From: a virus
Lineage: Duplodnaviria > Caudoviricetes
Virus record (IMG/VR): IMGVR_UViG_3300000530_000004
Span: 1 to 61,971 of that record
Length of the DNA stretch: 61,971 bases
Reading direction: 5' to 3' (one strand)
Shown in pieces: positions 38,602 through 43,992 of the stretch. How positions within the stretch are numbered: position 1 is the stretch's first letter; the number at the start of each line of letters is the position of its first letter. The notes below the pieces were generated by a model, which searched no databases, was not told the DNA's origin, and saw nothing but the letters and a program-made list of their open reading frames with translations. A program made the translations under genes and the position numbers.

Positions 38602-39462
38602 TTACCATGCAAACTCTTTTAATAACTCGTCTACCTTTTGTTTCGTTTCTAATCTAAACTCTGTATCCTCTCTGAGTGAGTCTGGTGTTACACCGAGTAA
38701 GGCAAAGTTAATCTTACGCTCTGCGTCCCGCATCTTGGGATCATCAGTAATGTTAAACGCACTGAGCAGTCCTACAATATCTCGCACGTTGCTAACAAGT
38801 GAATCTCTGAATACTTGTTTCTTTTCACCCGCTAATCGCTCTGACATGTTGCTCAGCGACTCATGTAATCTCGTCCATACATCTTTATAGGCAGTCTCAA
38901 TCTGAGACTTGTATGACTCTTCATAGCTGTCCTGTAAATATCTTAATGCTTCGTTGCCTACGTCTACTCTGAAGTCACCGACCTCTGGCACAGGGCTGTA
39001 CTTGATATTAAACGCATAGCGACTTCTAATATCGTCCTTGCTTGGGTAGTCATCAGGATTAAATAACCGACCCAGTTTAACTTGAGCACGCTGTAACATA
39101 TTGTCCCAGTCATTAAGACACGTCTCGACCAGTTCATAAAACCGCATCTGCTCGTTGGTCATATAACTGTTGTAGTCAAAGTACAATGGTGTTGTTAATA
39201 GTCGCTGACCACCATCTGACCACGGCATAGTTCTGGCATAGTGATATGTGCGTGCCATACCCACTTGTTTTTGTATCGCTTCAAAGCGTGGCTCGTCTGC
39301 AAATAGTTTCTTGTGATAGTTACCCGCACGTGTTGTGGTGTGCTTGGTTATATCTATCTCGTCACTGACTGCTCGGTCTAGTTTACGACCTGTCCATAGT
39401 GATACGTTTAACTCTACTATCATGCTACTGCTTGATATGCTCGGTGTGTTTAACTTGTCCAT
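38602..39462 (-). CDS. DUF3150-like protein
   Basis: SLWTGRKLD, TMPWSDGGQRLL, LGRLFNPDDYPS, DFRVD and FRDSLV; typical neighbour of the AAA+/DUF2201 pair; RBS TAGGAG. Confidence 0.6.
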   Translation of the reverse strand: MDKLNTPSISSSSMIVELNVSLWTGRKLDRAVSDEIDITKHTTTRAGNYHKKLFADEPRFEAIQKQVGMARTYHYARTMPWSDGGQRLLTTPLYFDYNSYMTNEQMRFYELVETCLNDWDNMLQRAQVKLGRLFNPDDYPSKDDIRSRYAFNIKYSPVPEVGDFRVDVGNEALRYLQDSYEESYKSQIETAYKDVWTRLHESLSNMSERLAGEKKQVFRDSLVSNVRDIVGLLSAFNITDDPKMRDAERKINFALLGVTPDSLREDTEFRLETKQKVDELLKEFAW

Positions 39463-39482
39463 CTGTTTATCTCCTATTGTCA

Positions 39483-39501
39483 TGTTAGTCGGCGACTAAC
39501 T
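39483..39501. repeat. 19-bp palindrome, copy 3
   Basis: TGTTAGTCGGCGACTAACT between a promoter and an RBS. Confidence 0.95.
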
Positions 39502-39537
39502 TCTAGTACTGCTGGTTACTCTCATACTGTAAGATAC

Positions 39538-39567
39538 AGTATAACATACTTTACTAGACTTTGTCAA
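39538..39567 (-). promoter_or_regulatory. Early sigma70 promoter
   Basis: TTGACA-18-TATACT with TGn extended -10. Confidence 0.7.
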
Positions 39568-39573
39568 AGTTTA

Positions 39574-40041
39574 CTACTCATCTATCTCTGTACGTGTATA
39601 CGACTCATCAGGGTGTGGGTCTATTAAACCTAGCTTGTCGCCTATGCCATCAGAAAACCTGAACGGACATGCAATACTAACCTCTGGGTATATATCTTGA
39701 GTTAAGTCCCAGTCTGTCATGTTCTCTGCATACATGTACTCAACGTCATCAATGTCCTCACCCACCCGCACAAATACCCACGACGAGTCTTCAGGAAACC
39801 GCTCTTCGGCAAACTCATGTAGCCATGTGTGTGCCTGTACATCTGGGTAACTCTCATACCACTTCACACTTGTGGTATAGAAGTTTATGCGGTACTCACC
39901 ATATTGTGTGCGCTCTATGTCGCACTCTTTTAATGCTTTGACCCGCTCACCACCCATAGCCATAACTAATGCTATGTATTTGTTGATAGTGTCTCTGTCT
40001 TTAAATGCTATCTGATAGCACACGTTACTAGTGTAGCTCAT
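39574..40041 (-). CDS. Hypothetical early protein
   Basis: MSYTSNV...VKWYESYPDV...FVRVGEDIDDVE. Confidence 0.65.
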   Translation of the reverse strand: MSYTSNVCYQIAFKDRDTINKYIALVMAMGGERVKALKECDIERTQYGEYRINFYTTSVKWYESYPDVQAHTWLHEFAEERFPEDSSWVFVRVGEDIDDVEYMYAENMTDWDLTQDIYPEVSIACPFRFSDGIGDKLGLIDPHPDESYTRTEIDE

Positions 40042-40394
40042 GTTAGTTACTCCATTGGTTAATTAAATACAATGCATACGTCAGTAGTATCAAGACGGCT
40101 ACGCACAAGATGTTAAATTTTAGTGTTTCACGTTCCACGTTTAAGTCCTCCATGTTTTTTACGGCTCACAGTTATAATCTCACCGCTTGGCAGTAAGAAT
40201 GTTAGTGTCCATCTGTTTCGGCATAGTAAGCGTCTCTTCATCTTTTCACCCATAAGTGTCTAGTTATCTTGAAGCCACGACCTATAAGCAAGTCCTGTAA
40301 CCACCAAGAGTCAGAGTTCCCGACTGGCAATGGTTTCTGGTATGCACTGCCTATTTTTACTTTGCTTGGGATTAAAACCACTCGTCTGTCATTC

Positions 40395-40619
40395 TCACGT
40401 ATTAACATCTTTTGTTACCTCCTGTATGTCGTCTAGTTCTTTACCCTCTTCGGCTATTCTTAAGTTATAAGTGTTTATTAATGTTTGATTAGGATAATTA
40501 TGGTATTTTTGTTCCGTTAATAATTCAGCAAGATCTTCAGCGTCCCTATACGTTCCGTTATGCATTAACCAAAGTAATTCATATTTAATCAATTCATATA
40601 TAAGTTCTTGTCGTGTCAT
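40395..40619 (-). CDS. Hypothetical early protein
   Basis: RBS AGGAGAATAAAC-ATG. Confidence 0.55.
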   Translation of the reverse strand: MTRQELIYELIKYELLWLMHNGTYRDAEDLAELLTEQKYHNYPNQTLINTYNLRIAEEGKELDDIQEVTKDVNT

Positions 40620-40635
40620 GTTTATTCTCCTGTTG

Positions 40636-40654
40636 TGTTAGTCGGCGACTAACT
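40636..40654. repeat. 19-bp palindrome, copy 4
   Basis: TGTTAGTCGGCGACTAACT overlapping the TAG of 40653..40865. Confidence 0.95.
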
Positions 40655-40865
40655 ATTTAACTAAGCCACCTTTATTGTTTAAACCGACTAGTAGTGTCGG
40701 GTCTGTAATTAGCATGTAACTGCTTTTATGCATAGGTGCAACGCACCAAGACGCACGCTGTAATTGTGCAATCTCTTCACCGCATAACATGCATACATGT
40801 ATGCCTAAGTCCCAACGTGCTTTGGGTACAGTTTCACCGCAGTAACTGCAATATCTGTTATTCAT
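40653..40865 (-). CDS. TraR/DksA-like C4 zinc-finger protein
   Basis: CSYCGETVPKARWDLGIHVCMLC follows the CxxCG..IP..R......CxxC pattern. Confidence 0.6.
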   Translation of the reverse strand: MNNRYCSYCGETVPKARWDLGIHVCMLCGEEIAQLQRASWCVAPMHKSSYMLITDPTLLVGLNNKGGLVK

Positions 40866-40867
40866 GT

Positions 40868-41167
40868 TTATTCTCCTATCTCATAAACCGTAAATTTATT
40901 ATCTTCTATCTCATAAACCATAAATTTATTATCTTCTGGCATGCCTAACTGCACCGAAAATGTGTTATGGCTTAACGGCTTAAACTCTTTTGCTGGTCTA
41001 TCAAGATAAAGCCATGAGCCACCCTCAAACTGCACGGCATTGGTTTTGCGTTTAATTACCTTACGCTTAACGCCTATATGCTTTCCATCAGGATACCAAT
41101 CGTGCCTAACCATGGTTATAGTCGCACCCTCTACTAATTTTCTTTTGATGTCTGCAAAAGTTTTCAT
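40868..41167 (-). CDS. Hypothetical early protein
   Basis: RBS AGGAG; C-terminal 10-aa duplication. Confidence 0.6.
   Translation of the reverse strand: MKTFADIKRKLVEGATITMVRHDWYPDGKHIGVKRKVIKRKTNAVQFEGGSWLYLDRPAKEFKPLSHNTFSVQLGMPEDNKFMVYEIEDNKFTVYEIGE
40876..40935. repeat. 30-bp tandem duplication with one mismatch
   Basis: CTATCTCATAAACC(G/A)TAAATTTATTATCTT twice, encoding DNKFMVYEIE and DNKFTVYEIG. Confidence 0.9.
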
Positions 41168-41169
41168 GT

Positions 41170-41544
41170 TTATTCTCCTATTAAGATGTTTATGTTTAAT
41201 AACATTGGTAAATCTAATGTAACGCCCTTGATGCCGTACATAGCTATGCGACGCATGCTATTGGTGTCCATGGGTAAGCAATCGGCGTCTGGTCTGCATT
41301 GGGTCATGTGCTTACTGGTTGTCGGGCTGTATTTGTCTATGTTTCTGTACCACTGTCTACTGCCGTCTGGTGCAATCTCGCATATGTACATGGGAAAGTG
41401 TGTGCCGTATGAATAGACTACGTAGCGGGTTGTATGCACGTTGTCGTTTGAGGGTTTTAGCATTGAAAAAATGTTACTACCTTTAAACAGTTCTAAGTTG
41501 TTCACATACTTGCGTGCATCTCGGTTTGCGATTACTGTTTCCAT
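41170..41544 (-). CDS. Hypothetical early protein
   Basis: YVVYSYGTHFPMY...KYSPTTSKH; RBS TAGGAG; first gene after a consensus promoter. Confidence 0.65.
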   Translation of the reverse strand: METVIANRDARKYVNNLELFKGSNIFSMLKPSNDNVHTTRYVVYSYGTHFPMYICEIAPDGSRQWYRNIDKYSPTTSKHMTQCRPDADCLPMDTNSMRRIAMYGIKGVTLDLPMLLNINILIGE

Positions 41545-41565
41545 GTTTGCATCTCCTATTGTTAA

Positions 41566-41584
41566 TGTTAGTCGGCGACTAACT
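41566..41584. repeat. 19-bp palindrome, copy 5
   Basis: TGTTAGTCGGCGACTAACT between a promoter and an RBS. Confidence 0.95.
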
Positions 41585-41632
41585 CGGCAAGTGATTGATT
41601 TATATATAATGTTCTTCTTTCACTATGACTCT

Positions 41633-41661
41633 ATTATAGCATGTTGAGGGGTAACTGTCAA
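41633..41661 (-). promoter_or_regulatory. Consensus early sigma70 promoter
   Basis: TTGACA-17-TATAAT with TGn extended -10. Confidence 0.9.
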
Positions 41662-41689
41662 AGTTTAGCAAATTGTAGTAAATAATAAA

Positions 41690-42170
41690 AGTGTATTTTG
41701 TTCTATAAAAGTTCTTTATAAGTTATTGATTTATATATATTGTTCAGAAAGTCCTAATGTTCCAAAGTTAATTGGCTGATTTCTATTTTAGTTTTTTGTT
41801 TAGAGTATGCAAAATACATGGTTTTTTAAATTTTTTCGGGAAACGCACTTTGACCCTGTGAACTTTATGAACTTTAGGACAAAGCCCTATCCATGCGGAC
41901 TCTGTTGGAACTTTCATTGGAACTTTTAACCGAATTTAGGAACTTTTAAAAAATCACGTGATAACATCTTTATAATTTAATCTTGTGATAACAAGTTATG
42001 GTGTGTGTCATACAGCAAACATGTTTTTTATTTGACGCATGTAGCAACATGTTAAGACGTAATTAAATTTTTTTTTGAAAAAAGCATGCGGAGCATGAAG
42101 CTGTTGGAACTGGTATCAATAACTTTTTGTGTGTACTACGTGATAACTTATTAAGCTACAAAAATTCAAG
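41690..42170. other. AT-rich non-coding region with short iterated motifs (candidate origin or genome-end region)
   Basis: GAACTTT at 41860, 41869, 41908, 41920 and 41940; GTGATAAC three times; no ORF of 60 aa or more. Confidence 0.4.
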
Positions 42171-42172
42171 AC

Positions 42173-42197
42173 AAAAAAAAGCCCGCTCAAAGCGGGC
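42173..42197 (-). terminator. Rho-independent terminator
   Basis: Minus strand reads GCCCGCT-TTG-AGCGGGC-TTTTTTTT. Confidence 0.88.
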
Positions 42198-42206
42198 TAG
42201 TTTGCG

Positions 42207-42225
42207 AGTTAGTCGGCGACTAACT
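42207..42225. repeat. 19-bp palindrome, copy 6
   Basis: AGTTAGTCGGCGACTAACT, 4 nt beyond the stop codon of 42230..42889. Confidence 0.95.
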
Positions 42226-42229
42226 ATTT

Positions 42230-42889
42230 TTATCCTCGATTTTTTAGTTCCTCGAGTTTCATTTTATTTAATATTGCGGTAATGGTTTTTATATCCTTTT
42301 CACAATTGCTAAAACTTGATTCTTTTAAACTATCGACGAACGTGTCGCCGTTGATTATTGCCTTTTCATTGGCGGTTTTCTTAACAGTAACTTTCTTTTC
42401 TTTCGGTTCCAGCCCAATAATATGGTTACGAATTTTGTTAAAAACCGATCCTATTTGTTGCTGTAAGTACTTGCGTGCTCTCTTTTCAAAATCGTTAAAA
42501 TCTTTTGCTAATTCTTTACTTGCTAGCACTAACACGTCGCATGCGTGTCTTATTGTGTCGTGTTGATAATCACTAGGTAACTTGCGTGTTTTAAAACCTA
42601 CGGCGATAGCGTTTTTAATATCAGAGTGTAAACGCTCGTAACTATCTTTATTTTTATTATCAAGCATGAACCCTGTTATCCCGTCAGTAGTATATAAACT
42701 CTTAGCCATATCGAGCCATTTTGCGTCAGTATTACCACTAGACTCTACTGCGTCAATTATCTTACTACGTGATATTTCTGAAATGGTTACTTGTATATCT
42801 GTAACTGTATCTGTATTTGTAACTGTATCTGTATCGATAATTAACTCATTAGCTGTAATTGCCTTTTTGTTTTGTTTACTTGTTGCCAT
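42230..42889 (-). CDS. Monocistronic early protein of unknown function
   Basis: Has its own promoter, RBS AAAGGGGA before MATSKQ, and terminator. Confidence 0.7.
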   Translation of the reverse strand: MATSKQNKKAITANELIIDTDTVTNTDTVTDIQVTISEISRSKIIDAVESSGNTDAKWLDMAKSLYTTDGITGFMLDNKNKDSYERLHSDIKNAIAVGFKTRKLPSDYQHDTIRHACDVLVLASKELAKDFNDFEKRARKYLQQQIGSVFNKIRNHIIGLEPKEKKVTVKKTANEKAIINGDTFVDSLKESSFSNCEKDIKTITAILNKMKLEELKNRG

Positions 42890-42933
42890 GATATATTCCC
42901 CTTTGTTAGTTAAGTGCAAACCGCACAATTAAT

Positions 42934-42962
42934 ACTATACAGATTTTGTCATAACATGTCAA
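42934..42962 (-). promoter_or_regulatory. Early sigma70 promoter
   Basis: TTGACA-17-TATAGT. Confidence 0.8.
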
Positions 42963-42980
42963 TATTTGATAGACTTTGAT

Positions 42981-42999
42981 AGTTAGTCGCCGACTAACT
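42981..42999. repeat. 19-bp palindrome, copy 7 (opposite orientation, central C)
   Basis: AGTTAGTCGCCGACTAACT. Confidence 0.95.
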
Positions 43000-43151
43000 T
43001 TGACGACCCCACCCCCCGAATTTGGATTTGGTTCCATGCGGTTTGTATTGCTTACTATTCTGCGCACTCACATTCCAATTTTTCAAATTCGGCCTAGCTA
43101 ATCATGTTGCATGGCAACAAAGTTTCCCAGAAGCACAAGCTCTTGGTATAA

Positions 43152-43363
43152 AAACACCCCCCGGGTAGGATTCCTAAACGTCACTGCATAAAAAAATTAT
43201 TTTGTCTAGGACCTGAGATCGTCGATTTGGGGTCCTACTGCATTAACTTGTTGCTTTTAAAACAGAAAAATTAGATTAAACCTGCAGCGTTGACAACGTG
43301 ATACATTTCTCCATAACTTGTTAACATGTGTTTATAGAAACACCCCCCGGGTAGGATTCCTAA
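43152..43363 (+). repeat. 26-bp direct repeat pair AAACACCCCCCGGGTAGGATTCCTAA
   Basis: Exact copies at 43152-43177 and 43338-43363, upstream of the terminase operon. Confidence 0.9.
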
Positions 43364-43368
43364 CATCC

Positions 43369-43397
43369 TTGACGAAAACTAATTTTTTGTATATAAC
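43369..43397 (+). promoter_or_regulatory. Sigma70-like promoter of the packaging/structural arm
   Basis: TTGACG-17-TATAAC. Confidence 0.65.
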
Positions 43398-43422
43398 TGC
43401 ACCATAACTTATTAATCGGTGC

Positions 43423-43992
43423 ATGGACACAATGCATATAATCGAACCGGACTTTTCAATACCCATACCTGACAAACCTACACCGTTGACTGATTTCACG
43501 GAAAAGGTCGAAGCCGCTTGCCGTACCATTGAAGAGTACGACATTGAAGCGGTTATTACTGAAGAGACTGCAGAAGAAGCTGAAGAAGCTATTTATCAAA
43601 TGGCTTCAAGTCCTGATCCTGATAAGATAAATAAACAACTCGCTAAGCAAAACCATCTACCTGCATATTACGTACAAGCCCGTGGCATCCTTGATGCATA
43701 CTCACACAAGGTCGTAGACCATGCGATGCAGCTACGTCTATTAGTTACTAATAAGTTAATTATTGAGACTGAGAATGAAGACGCGAAGATTCGTCTGCGT
43801 GCATTAGAACTGCTTGGTAAGATTACTGACGTTGGCTTATTTACTGAGAAGTCGGAAGTAACTATTAATCATAGATCAACCGTTGAGTTAGTTGGATCCT
43901 TAAGAGCTAAGATTCAGAAGCTTATGTATCCTGACAATGTGCAGGAAGGTGAAGTAGTCGAGCAAAAGGACGACAATGCAGACGGCGCTTGA
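43423..43992 (+). CDS. Putative terminase small subunit
   Basis: Directly upstream of TerL; RLRALELLGKITDVGLFTEK oligomerisation-like motif. Confidence 0.65.
   Translation: MDTMHIIEPDFSIPIPDKPTPLTDFTEKVEAACRTIEEYDIEAVITEETAEEAEEAIYQMASSPDPDKINKQLAKQNHLPAYYVQARGILDAYSHKVVDHAMQLRLLVTNKLIIETENEDAKIRLRALELLGKITDVGLFTEKSEVTINHRSTVELVGSLRAKIQKLMYPDNVQEGEVVEQKDDNADGA

Noticed and set aside
36233-42999. CRISPR array or integron attC interpretation of the 19-bp palindromes
   Set aside because: Copies are 0.6-2.3 kb apart with whole genes between them. There are no uniform spacers, cas genes or integron integrase, and the sites are too short for attC.
36233-42999. N4-like hairpin promoters for a virion RNA polymerase
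   Set aside because: No RNA polymerase motifs were recognised in the 2247-aa protein, and consensus sigma70 promoters already serve these genes.
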